From Owenia fusiformis (Eukaryota): DNA of 64,000 nt. Positions 53,090 to 64,000 of this stretch are shown piece after piece. The DNA lies in contig CAIIXF020000001.1 in the NCBI GenBank assembly GCA_903813345.2, positions 40,610,001 through 40,674,000 of the forward strand, in the 5' to 3' direction. The notes below the pieces were generated by a model. It searched no databases, was not told the origin of the DNA, and worked only from the letters and a program-made list of their open reading frames with translations. Within the stretch, counting starts at the first letter, position 1; the number at the start of each line of letters is the position of its first letter. Position numbers and translations under genes: made by a program.

Positions 53090-53646
53090 TATTGAAAAAT
53101 CTAAATTACACGAAGAGCGCTGAGCAGGCTGATATGGTGACCAAGATTTAAATATTGAAAATTCTTGTAGCTAATTTTACTGAAATTCAAACATATTTTG
53201 TCTGATAAATTCAACGCTGATCCGACTCTGACCCTCTCAGGTTTGATGTTTATAACAAGTTCAGCCGATTTCTCCTAGAAAAAACAAGATGCATTTTGTC
53301 ACGTGAAAGTTTACAAATTATTCGCTAAATGAATAGGTGCACGTTATGGTTAAAGGTTTTAGATTTTTCTTAACTGATACGCATCAAGGAGTGGTAGTCT
53401 ACAAGTAGTGACATATTGCTATTGTCTCAAATTTTTTTGTGGACGGCGTTCGGTGGTTGGCGTGCGGCGTCTGTTACAAATGCCAGGGGTGACATTTTGC
53501 ATGTTAATGCCTTGTTAAAATATGTTGCTGTCACTTTCAGCTAGCAAAGATGTCATAACATCATGGAAATTATTTTATTACTATTGCATTTTTGTTTTCA
53601 GGAATACACTCATATTTATTTACACGAATAAAAAATATATTCGTTC

Positions 53647-53870
53647 CAGGGGCGGATCTGAAAATCAAGAGTAGGGGATCCTAAATCTGAAAATTGGAGC
53701 CCAGTTTATAAAAAACAGACTCAAAATTGAAATAAATAATGCCCAGTAATGCCAAATTGTTACCTTAATTGCTCAATTTATGTGGAGAGAAGCAGATCTT
53801 GTGGCCGAATACGTTTTTTGGCCCTTACTTTTTGGGGCCCTCCAAAGGCCCTCCGCCAGATCGGCCATAG
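53647..53870. mobile_element. Degenerate hAT-like MITE
   Basis: caggggcggatctg / cagatcggccatag; flanks cgttc and cgttt (4/5). Confidence 0.55.
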
Positions 53871-53878
53871 CGTTTTAC

Positions 53879-54016
53879 CTTAAGTATGCCAACACGCATA
53901 TTCAAAAATTGGGTCCTCAGCCCTTGTAATTTTTCTTTTTTACATTCCAACACGAGGTAGTCATCTATCTCATTTATAAAAACATGAGCGGTTTCCAAAT
54001 TAAGTTCAGGAGCCAT
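53879..54016 (-). pseudogene. Candidate first coding exon of the inner element's gene
   Basis: aagATGGct start just inside the right TIR, 46 codons MAPELNLETAHVFINEIDDYLVLECKKEKLQGLRTQFLNMRVGILK, ending AAG|gtaaaa; same strand as the OTU exon. Confidence 0.4.
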
Positions 54017-54540
54017 CTTTTGAATATACGTGGAATCCATCGACAAATGATTAAAAAACGAACGCGGACATCTATCGAGTGTATTCGAAAAAATAAATAA
54101 ACTCAGAATACTTGGGTCGGGTCAGAATACTTCGGCAAGAGTCAGAATAGATGGGTAGCCAAGAATACTTGGGCCTTCACACACGTAAGTGATTTTTATG
54201 ATGTTTATTCATTTGTCAGCACGTATTATACATTGAAAAACCAGTGTGTTTTTTCCGGAGTAAATACCCCATTTTTTGCATTGGATCGAGTCTGGTCCAC
54301 ATCTACGATATCGAGAGTCGATAACTTGGCCAGACGGGTTTGGTTACGTCTGTTCCAGTGCCCCTCCACAAAAAGTCCTACACTCCACACGCTAGAACTT
54401 CCTATGGAAATGACATACCTTGATAGTCTCTGTAGTACCCAATCAATTTCTGCAAAACACCCTGTTCATAGCTGCTAGAATACAGTAAATAACGAGAATT
54501 TTATTTTTGGAAACTTTAATTTTCCCGCATATCCGGTTAG

Positions 54541-54552
54541 ACATGCGCATGT
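54541..54552. promoter_or_regulatory. NRF1-like palindrome upstream of MICOS10
   Basis: acatgcgcatgt about 230 bp before the ATG; resembles the TGCGCATGCG NRF1 core. Confidence 0.35.
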
Positions 54553-54776
54553 AGGCATAGAAAAGGACACGAAAAGCACGAACTTGAGCCCCGAATGAGA
54601 AGTTATTTTTGAAGCCTGATTTAATTATTAAAAATGAAAACTAGTGGTCGGATAAGAAGAATATTAACAATAGTATATCAACTGAAATATATCAAGCCCA
54701 TAATTTTTGTATATTTAGATTTAATTTTGTGAAAAAAAAGAAATAATTTCGTTCGTCTTTTTAGTGAATTTCCAAA

Positions 54777-54855
54777 ATGGCAGAATCAAACCGGTCAGAG
54801 GATGAACTGGGGAAGAAATGGGACCGTTGCCTCTCAGATTCTATTATAAAAACAG
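54777..54855 (+). CDS. MICOS10: MICOS10 exon 1
   Basis: aaaATGG start, MAESNRSEDELGKKWDRCLSDSIIKT G|gtatgt. Confidence 0.96.
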
Positions 54856-57800
54856 GTATGTTAATAGATTTTGTAGCTTTGACATGTTGACCCAAAAATG
54901 AATATGTGGGAGGTACATTTCAATTGGAAATTACAGGTTACTTTGGCTCTGAGAAATTTTGGGTCAAAATTTTTTTTCGAAACCCAAACCGATCTCCTTC
55001 ACGTTTGTGGGAAGTCTTCCTATTAGCTGATTATATTAGTTTAGTTAATAATAGTTTATATTCAGTGAAAGTGAAATTCTCTTTTCATATCTTCATGGCT
55101 ATTGCCGCATTGCGCATGCATCTCGTATGTTACTCGAGTCTCTAGCTTACAGCTAGACGAAACTTCATTGATTTCGTATGTACTGTGCTACACGCACCTA
55201 GAACTCATTTTTAATAAATTTTATAAATATTTTTAAGAATATTAATCATATTTAGGATGAAGCGTTGCTTGTCTGGATTTAGATATTTCAAAATTTCATT
55301 TCGGAGTTTGACACATGGTGAAATTTTCTCGCTGTAGCTAAAAATGGCTTCCGGTTCTGGACGTGAATAACATTTGAAATTATTCTCGCTTAAAGAAATC
55401 AAATATAACAATAGATTCAGACGGGGATGTGAGCTGATGTTCTTCAAATCTATACATAAAGGTATATTTCATATTATTATGCCATATTTACTGTGCGTGT
55501 GACACAATGATTTACAATATTTATAATATTAAGGCAGCTCAATCTTCCTCCTCAAAGCCGGAATATAGAGAAGGCTTTGGACCGAAGTAACTCGTATGCA
55601 CCCACGTACGCATCAGACAATCAGATAGACTCTAGGTCAAATCGCGAAAGGCGCTCCGAGTCTAAAGTCGGAGTCAATATTCCAATATATTACTACGGTC
55701 CAAAGCCTTCTCTATATTCCGACTTTGAGTAGAAAGATTGAGCTGCCTTGGTATTATAAATATTGTAAATCATTGTGTCACATCCACAGAAAATATGGCA
55801 TAATAATATGAAATATACTTCTATGTGAGAATAATTTCAAAGTTTCCTCCATTTTAATTCACATCCGGAACCAGAAGCCATTTTTAGCTACAGCAGGCCA
55901 GTAGCCAGAATTTTCCAAGGGGGGGTTCACTTTACCCAAAAATTCTAGGGGGGTTCACTTTGGCAAATTTGGCCAAAAATCACTCAGAAAATGGTCAGAA
56001 TGATGAAAAACTGCCCGAACCTCCTGAACCCCCCCTGGCTATGGGCCTGTACAGCGAGAAAATTTCACCATGTGTCAAACTCCGAAAAAAATTTTAAATA
56101 TCTAAATCCAGACAAGCAATGTTTCATCCTTAATATAATTAATATTCTTAAAAATATTTATAAAATTTATTAAATATGAGTTCTAGGTGCATGTAGCACT
56201 TTTTCTAGATTACATACGAAATCAATGGAGTCACGCCCCGGTGATCGTACAAATCGGATGGAGGGAGGTTTTAAATTATATTCTGTTCAAATTCTATCAC
56301 TGTTGAATTAGATATCTGCTTCATATGGGCTTATTAGCCTTTTGCAGATTATTGACATAGACATAGGGGGATTAGGCGATTTCTGCAAAAAAACTCAACA
56401 AATTTGGAAGATTTATTTTCTCAACTGAATTGCCAAATGAATAGTTGCAGTGCATGGCAAAATATGTTAGGTCATCTAGTATTTTTTTTGAACTGATACC
56501 CTTCTAAGATATGAGATCTATTAAGAAAGGCGCATCATCACCAACGTGCAAAAGTCAATGTTTTTGCTATAAATCGGGCAATAATGTTTGGTCAGTAAGC
56601 TGGGTAGTTCCTCACATTGTCATGGTCTGTTCAGTGAATAATTTTCAAAGTTTGAAGATTGCTTATTTTTGCATTCTTGCCTTATAAATCAGAACTTGCA
56701 CAGCTGTTTTGATTATAGAGTCTTATAGTTATTAAGTTATCCAATCACCCGGAATTATAAAGTATAACTTTTTAGCCTCATTTGACTGTTTTTTTTGTTT
56801 ACTGATAAGATTGAGTCTGAATTTTGGCAATGGATGACGTCATCAGAATTATTATGTACATCAGTCTCTACAATGTCCAATCAAATAGCAGGCCACATGA
56901 TCAAGCACAAGCTCATGTTTCCAAGAGTTTTTCAATGATGCCTGCTTATGAAGACTTGGTCTATTATTAGACTAGGCCCCATTGAGTCATTGACCCAGGG
57001 AAAAGTCGCTTTTTCTTCCTGGCTGCGCTACTGCAGTTCCTTCATGTATTTGATCTTCGATGTATGTTAATTTCAATATTGTTTTGATTGCAGCAAGTGG
57101 TGTAGGCCTAGGAATTGTTTTCTCAGTCATCTTTTTCCGAAGTAAGTAAAAATATATAAATAACTATAAAGTAGTCTATGTGGTCTGCAATAAGATTGAC
57201 AAACTCAGTAAATGTCTCATACTACTTTAAATTAATAGACATAGACGGTCAAAAATATCTACCAACAAGCAATGAAATCATCAAAACAATAGACTATCAG
57301 CAACACTCTTAAGCTCCTGTAAGTATGTATATGATGCTAGAATCATTCCAAATGAGGAATCATAATAACAGCAATACCTGTACAAATATACAGGTAGATG
57401 TATCATAAAAGTAAATATTTGTAATGATTGTGTTTCAGGGAGACCCTGGCCTGTTGCATTTGGTGCTGGTGTTGGCATAGGAATGGCCTATGCTAATTGT
57501 CAACATGATTTTATGAATCCTTATCTATTACATGGAAACAGAATAAAGGTATGTTTCATTGGACAGTGAACAGAGGACTTGCTTTATAGAAATATAGATG
57601 CCAGTAGTAGTATTGGTAAGGCTTGTATACTGTTCCTTTTAGGAAGCTGAAAAATACCTATTTTTGTACTATGGTTTAAGATTAATACAGCCCAACAACA
57701 TGTATCTACAACTTTTAATTCACAAAATCAATTAGAATCAAGAGAAAAATACTGTTGAATACAAGTGCATGTATATATATTTTATTATTCAAATTTTAAT

Positions 57801-57863
57801 ATGTTCCATATCCTTTATTTTCAGCTCCCTGCTAAGACAGAGTCAGAGTCACAGACAGCTTAA
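54777..57863 (+). CDS. MICOS10: MICOS complex subunit MIC10 (MINOS1), 4 coding exons, 91 aa
   Basis: Exons 54777-54855, 57094-57141, 57439-57548 and 57825-57863 give MAESNRSEDELGKKWDRCLSDSIIKTASGVGLGIVFSVIFFRRRPWPVAFGAGVGIGMAYANCQHDFMNPYLLHGNRIKLPAKTESESQTA*. Hallmarks: KWDRCL, two Gly-rich TM segments, FFRRR loop, AYxNCQHDF. Confidence 0.97.
55162..56231. mobile_element. Foldback element in MICOS10 intron 1
   Basis: 55162-55590 is the reverse complement of 55691-56231 once the nested MITE is removed; twin ORFs 55211..55447(-) and 55991..56173(+) share their C-termini. Confidence 0.9.
55894..56049. mobile_element. hAT-like MITE with 5-bp TSD nested in the foldback arm
   Basis: caggccagtagcca / tggctatgggcctg; TACAG duplicated at 55889-55893 and 56050-56054, single in the opposite arm. 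Confidence 0.9.
57094..57141 (+). CDS. MICOS10: MICOS10 exon 2
   Basis: ttgcag| (A)SGVGLGIVFSVIFFR A|gtaagt; 48 nt. Confidence 0.96.
57439..57548 (+). CDS. MICOS10: MICOS10 exon 3
   Basis: tttcag| (R)RPWPVAFGAGVGIGMAYANCQHDFMNPYLLHGNRIK |gtatgt; 110 nt. Confidence 0.96.
57825..57863 (+). CDS. MICOS10: MICOS10 exon 4 (terminal)
   Basis: cctttattttcag| LPAKTESESQTA TAA; candidate AATAAA signals at 58124 and 58375. Confidence 0.8.
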   Translation, partial: LPAKTESESQTA

Positions 57864-59612
57864 TGTAGAAACAGTTAGGACAATTTTGCAGTGAGGAATG
57901 TAATATTAATGCCAAATTATGAAATATGAGCTCACGTGGATGTCTAGATATTTATGCAAGAGTGATGTGTTGAAAACAATTTAGTCAAAATACAATTAAA
58001 GGTACAAGTCATTATTGCTGACTTTGGATTTAGATTTTTAGTGGAAATGGATTTTGAAGAATGTAGATGCTACAAACAACATTGACTAACTGTGCCATTC
58101 AGACTGAAGAACATTCTAAAGTGAATAAAACCTTCTATTTCTAATATTCTAAAGACCACTGAAACCCATATATGAAACATAATCCACACAGTGCATTTAA
58201 GGAAATCACATACAGAAAATACTGGTTTGAGAATGGACTTATGGCCATAAAATCATCGTTCAAATTATTTATATAAATAAGGAATGTGTTTTGTATACTT
58301 CAAGTTCAATATGTTGACAAAATATCATTTTATACAGACAGAAAAAAGTATGCCCTGTATAGCCTTCAAGATAAAATAAACATGTTATAACTTATAATTC
58401 AAGTTTATTTTTATGTGCATTTTTACAACAAAGAATGTTGATGAATAGGCTTATCTGAAGCTGTCATTTGGAACTGGAAACCCATTGAAGATTAACTCAT
58501 CCACAAGAAAGTGTTTTTAGATATATTTAAAGGATTTGATTCAATAATAGCCATGGTTGGAAAGTATTAAATACCCATAAAGCAATAGCCATGATCTTGT
58601 ACAGTGATTGTGAAGAGTTTAATAGATTTGATCAATATACCCTGGGATATCATTTGTAGTGTGTGACTGATAATCCTGGAGATCATCCAAATGTATTTTA
58701 CAAGCATAAATGAAGTACTTTGAAGAAGGATACCTGGAGATGAGTTCTTATCTTTTTACAGGGTGTAGTAAAATAAAATTAGACTTGAATGGACTATAAT
58801 GAGAATGCTAGCTATAATGCAGAATAACTGATTGTAATCTATTCACTTTCACATCATCATGGGTAGAATGACATTTGAGCTAACAAAATTAATTGATATT
58901 TACAAAAGCTTTTTATTGTTGGTTATTTTCTCAAAAGATTCCTGATTATATAAAAGATCTCATTTTCATACTACCTTTCTTAAGTCTTCACACGGTGAAA
59001 TTAGATATCTTTTAAGATGTTTGAAAGATGTCACTCTAAATAGTAGAAAAATAGACCGATGTACTACATTATATTATGACTAATTCGTCTAATGGATAAG
59101 CACACTGCTTTCTTAATAACATTACAGACAGTTAGGCCTAAACAGTTTAGGTAATGGTACAAAGGACATCTGAGGACAAACTTGCTTTTAAGATGTACAG
59201 CAAATGGAGAAGGCAACACAGGGGCTTGCAATACAGTTTAAAAAGTTTTTAGCAACCACATTTCATTTACGTGTATTAGATTGAATTATCGAATTGGAAT
59301 TCACCACCCAAATAATAAAGGTTCATTACTACATGGAATGTGGTTCAAATGTTCAATTGCTGGTCATAACCTGGTAACCAGGATGGTCTATTGTGGTAAC
59401 CAGGGGTACATTCCTGTAAACATTCTTAAAGGATTGGTAGCGATATGGTTAACTAAATTGAACACATTTTTCTCTAAACGAGTAATCAAAAAATTCTGAA
59501 AAATTACACATCATGAATGTTATGGTCATCTTTTGAATTGTAACAATTTAATTTGAAAATATTAAACACTGTCTTTCGTTCTTGGTACTGTATGTTTTGA
59601 ATGAAATGAAAC

Positions 59613-59839
59613 ATCTATCAGAACCTCGTTGGAACAAAATAACATATACACAATATATTTAGGTTTCTCAATATTGTTATTATACAAAGGAAAGTTTGGT
59701 TCATTTCATCTTAAAAATAAAATAAAGGTATTTTGTCTAATGAACGAAATTTTCCTTTTATCAGTTTATATATAACTACGATATTGAGATTGAGTACACT
59801 GTGTATAGGCCATTTTGTTCCAACAAGGAACGGATAGAT
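59613..59839. mobile_element. MITE with imperfect TIRs
   Basis: atctatcagaacctcgttggaacaaaat / attttgttccaacaaggaacggatagat. Confidence 0.65.
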
Positions 59840-62800
59840 ATTTTATCAAGAATTGAAAGAAAAGAACAAAAAACAAAAACACTGAAAAACAAAAATTGTT
59901 TATGAAAACAATTTTATAAATAATTTTCACATTGAATTATTGTCAATGGTGACCATTACATAAAGTATGTGTTTTTTCTATTACAGATTGTTTTCAGTAA
60001 TTGGTTTAAAAGATAAATAATGTTAAATTTAGTTCACCATATCGCTACCAATCCTTTATGAATTAAAAAGTCTATTTTTCAACTATGATGTCATGATTTC
60101 CAGTTGCAATTTTTTTTGAAAAAATCCCTGGAACCTTAGGTCTCATTGAGAATTCTTTCAATATTTTGATTGTAATCTCATTTTTACATTTTAGCTCATG
60201 AAGGTAAAACCTCCCCTTGTCACCTAAGAGTAACCTGGCCATGTGACTTCCTAGCTAGCATTCCAATATTCATATTTTACTGAGTCAATCTGCCATAGTA
60301 ATAGCAGAAGAAAATTCCCAAATTTTTCCAATCCACCAAATTAAATAGCGCCAAATGAAAGCAATTTACAGTATTTGAAATTGTTTCTCGTGTCAAATCC
60401 ATTATTTGCATGCCTTGTTTATGTCTGTAAATGTAGTGCAAAAATTGATTTATATAAACAATACACTATTATTATAACACACTAAAGTTTAGTCAATGCA
60501 TTAGGAATGAGCATTTTTGCTTTAATTTGCAATAAATTTTTTAAAGCTATAAAAGAAAACTCAACTGGGAATTTAAACCCATGCTGGATGACTGAGTTAA
60601 TATTGTTCGGGATACATTTTTGGCTCGCCCTGTAATAATACTATTATAGAGCGAAGCGGCTCGTTGATCAATTTGTATCGCGTTCGTATTTCTGAAGCAA
60701 TCAGGCAGGGCAAATTTCATAACGAGGCTACCCATCATTTCCTGCCTGATATTTGTTTGGGATACGGAGCTTCGTGAGCTTTCGTGGATTCTGCCTCAGT
60801 ACGCAAGTAAGTAGATATATTGAATTGCTAAATCTATGAAGTAGAGTATTTTTATATACAATAAACACAAACGATAGCTCGCTGTTAGTTCTGACATCTT
60901 TGAGTGGCGTCTAACTTTGATATTTTTTTTATGTTTTTTTTATTTCTTCTCAAATCTCATGATGATTCAATTTTTTTCAATTTTTACTTTTCAACAATAC
61001 TTAACTCGAGTCTCTCACAAGAGCATGTGGTGCCATCTATATGCTGTTCTGGATAGTGAACAGTTGTAGTAAGGTGAAAAGGAAAGTAACCAAGCCAAAA
61101 CACACATACTGAAAGTCTGCATAGTCCAAGGGTGTAGCCAGGATTAGTGGTGCTATTACAAGAGGTCGCAGGCTTATCAAAATTAGGGTGGTTTGGGGGC
61201 TTACTCCCCCGGAAAATAGGCTTCAAGATGTCGCATACTACTGAATAGATTGTCGCGGAATTCTGTACTCATGAATGTTAAAATTATGATGTTAGTTGGA
61301 GACCTAACCTTTATTTGACCAGCCCACTTCTTTCCTGTCTCATTTATACAGTTGAAATTGTAATTCTTGAGTTCTAATTATCCTAAATCCTTCGTTCTAT
61401 AAGTATAATGTCGAAGCAATTTCAACTTAGAAATTCTGGTTGTTTTGCAACACCAAGAAACGAAATTATTATAATAAGATTTCGCTAACGCTACTAAACG
61501 TGTAGCGAGATATCATATTCTTTTCAAATATTCATATAATTTATATATATTCATATAGTTGTCCGTTTATGTTATTAATTAAACTAGTATTGAAATAATG
61601 ATTTCGATTAGTTAAACACGCGATTAGTTTGACATGCGCATAAAGAGGATTTTAATTTTCAAAATTGGTTCCAAATTTTTGACAAAAATCTCCTAATTAC
61701 TCATGTTATACGAAATTACTTCACTAAAAATATTGCAGAGTGATTTCGGAGCATTCAAAGATAGGGTAGGTGCATAGTTTATCGCAGTTTGCTGCTGCGT
61801 CATTATAAATATAGGTATGCGTAATGGCCATGATATCATCATGGCCATTGGGAAAGGCTACTGGAAAATATAGGATTTTTAGGCTTAATTGGCACATTCT
61901 GAACATTTTTTCAGGTTCATATAGTCAAAACAGTAATGTTTGTGAGTACTTTGAATTTAAAAAATAAGCTATCAAATGACCATACTGAAACAGTTTATGT
62001 AAAAATAAAAACATTTATATTTATCCTAACTTTTGTATATTTTAGTTTGTTTTCTAGTTTAGCTATCATATCTGCGTCCTCTTATATTTTAATACTTCTC
62101 CGCCATGTTATTTTCGGAAAAATTAACATAGCTGAAACTCCCTAAATTACAAAAGGCCACAGCTTTGCTGCACATTATACATTACTCTCTGAAATGGGTC
62201 GAAAAAACATTCATTTGATGAACAATTTACAAGTCTTGATCAAAAAAGGAGTATTTCAGCGCTCCAATACTTGCACGGATTGATGATACTGATGGAAAAC
62301 ACAGTTAGAGACCAAAAGTAAGCCGCTGATCGACTTCATTCGTGTTGCGTCCTGGGAAAGCTATTATATCAAAATCCACATAGCTTTCGCAGGAAGTAAA
62401 CTGTTGCAATATGGTCATTTGATTGCTTATTTTATAGATTCAAAGTACTTGAAATAAAATTTTGAATCAGACTTTAGGAACAAAATGTATGATTTATTTC
62501 TAAAAGTTTGGGATTTTTGGGCTTATTTGGCGCATTCTAAGAGATTTTTTATGATTTATTTCAATTTACACTTTTGGTCTTGACTCTCAATAGCACACAG
62601 CTGTGTATTCACCGAATATGTAGCTACATTCATGTATTGGTCAGAAATAGCTGACAATTACATTTTAGGTAGGATGTTAGTCTCAGGAAACTGCTTATTT
62701 AGATTTCATTTTGTAGATATTAGATAAATCAATCAGGGCTGTTCTACATGACACAAAATAACATTTTTGACTTCTAGAAATAAAGAATTTTGAATTTTCC

Positions 62801-64000
62801 GAGGTAAAGGTTCGATGTCTGATTCTCAGTGACAAATGTCAAATTCTCAAACTCATCTTCTTGTCAATTTCTCTATCAATCTATTATTAATTACACTCAA
62901 GGTTACTCCTAATGTTGAACTACATGACAACTACAACTTACTAATTCCAAGTTGTAGCCATTTTGAAAAAAAAGTTGGGAGGAAGCAAGCCCACCCAAAG
63001 GGGGGATGTTGGGAAAGTTCCCTTTTTAAAGATTTTTATTTGATTAAATGCAAATGTGGCTCTCATAAATGCTCAGATTGTTCAGAGGCCCTATGTTCTA
63101 AGAAAATTTCAAATTTTTTGGAGGTATACCCCCATTACTGCCTAGCTTGCGGCAAATATATTGCTTTAAATGATAGGAGCTTTGAAAATTTGAAGAATGA
63201 AACAAAATGGTAGTCATAAAAAGGAAAACAGATTGCTTTTCAAATCAGTTTTTTCATTTTTTTCTATTTCTAGGACTATGTTTGATGTTATGAATATTGG
63301 TTTATCAATTTATATTTATTCTGGACTGTCAAGATCCCTACCCAGAGAGTAAATTAGTAATTAAAGTTTCCCACCTGAAAGCAATTATAACTGGTTAAAC
63401 ATATTCAAAATTTCGGGAATGGGCATTTCAAAAGTCCCTATTCCCAGGATGAAATTGTCAAAATCCTACCCCCTGGAATTATACTGCTTGTTAATTTATC
63501 CCGACTCCGCCTATGAGGGGTATGCAAACCTTTGAAAAATGGCCTTAAAGAAAATCTTTTGAATAATGGCCAATTCTCCATGAGATCTTTTTACATCTTC
63601 TTGGTAAAAGACTTCTAAGACTTGGGAAAATCTAATTTTCATTAGTAAAACATTCTAAAGAAAAATAATATAATTAGGTGCAACAAGGCAGTTTTCAATA
63701 GAATTATTGCATGTCAGTCATACCAGTTGCTTCATTGTTGGTTGAATCAATTTTATGATTAAGTCTGAGCATTCAGACTGGGGAACATGCAACTCACCTG
63801 TTTACACTGTATCACATGTTTTCATTAATATTACTGAGCAGTGTCATTGGTAATTCCACACTTTGCTTTCCTTTATTAATCAATGTCGTGTCAGAGAATA
63901 GATAGATACTGTTATACTGTAGATATACATGTGTACAATATGAAATAGTACTTTTTATGATCAAGGATGTTGAACTTGTATTGTAATACAACCATGGCCC

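Larger units (their letters stand above)
44953..54181 (-). mobile_element. Inner 9.2-kb TGT...ACA element with about 137-bp TIRs and 6-bp TSD (Ginger-like, OTU cargo)
   Basis: 44953-45090 is the reverse complement of 54045-54181; CACGTA duplicated at 44947-44952 and 54182-54187. Confidence 0.85.
44261..54346. mobile_element. Outer TIR element with 9-bp TSD (MULE-like), about 0.85 kb native, expanded to 10.1 kb by a nested insertion
   Basis: About 100-bp imperfect TIRs taaccaaacccgtctggcc... / ...ggccagacgggtttggtta; CGTCTGTTC duplicated at 44252-44260 and 54347-54355. Confidence 0.9.

Noticed and set aside
57281..57478. Minus-strand 65-aa ORF
   Set aside because: Antisense shadow of MICOS10 exon 3 plus intron.
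62836..63213. 125-aa ORF with several cysteines
   Set aside because: No recognisable domain spacing, splice context or partner exons; probably a chance ORF.

Overview
AT-rich, intron- and transposon-rich animal (invertebrate-type) nuclear DNA, not prokaryotic. Two spliced host genes can be rebuilt with GT-AG junctions and consistent phases. (1) On the minus strand, the first 7 coding exons (34115 down to 57, continuing off the left edge) of a secreted cysteine-rich protein resembling the uncharacterised DUF7044/DUF7042-type family. (2) On the plus strand, a complete 4-exon MICOS10 (MIC10/MINOS1) gene, 54777-57863, 91 aa. The rest is non-autonomous DNA transposons, foldbacks and minisatellites. 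Two things stand out. First, one intron of the secreted-protein gene has a tandem array of its own donor site at one end and of its own acceptor site at the other, giving 3 in-frame donors and 3 in-frame acceptors. Second, a 10-kb nested element lies just upstream of MICOS10: a 9-bp-TSD TIR element contains a 9.2-kb TGT...ACA element with about 137-bp TIRs and a 6-bp TSD, which carries an OTU-protease exon relic, a 4.3-kb inverted 31-bp satellite and an 850-bp palindrome. Family assignments come from motif recall, not database searches.
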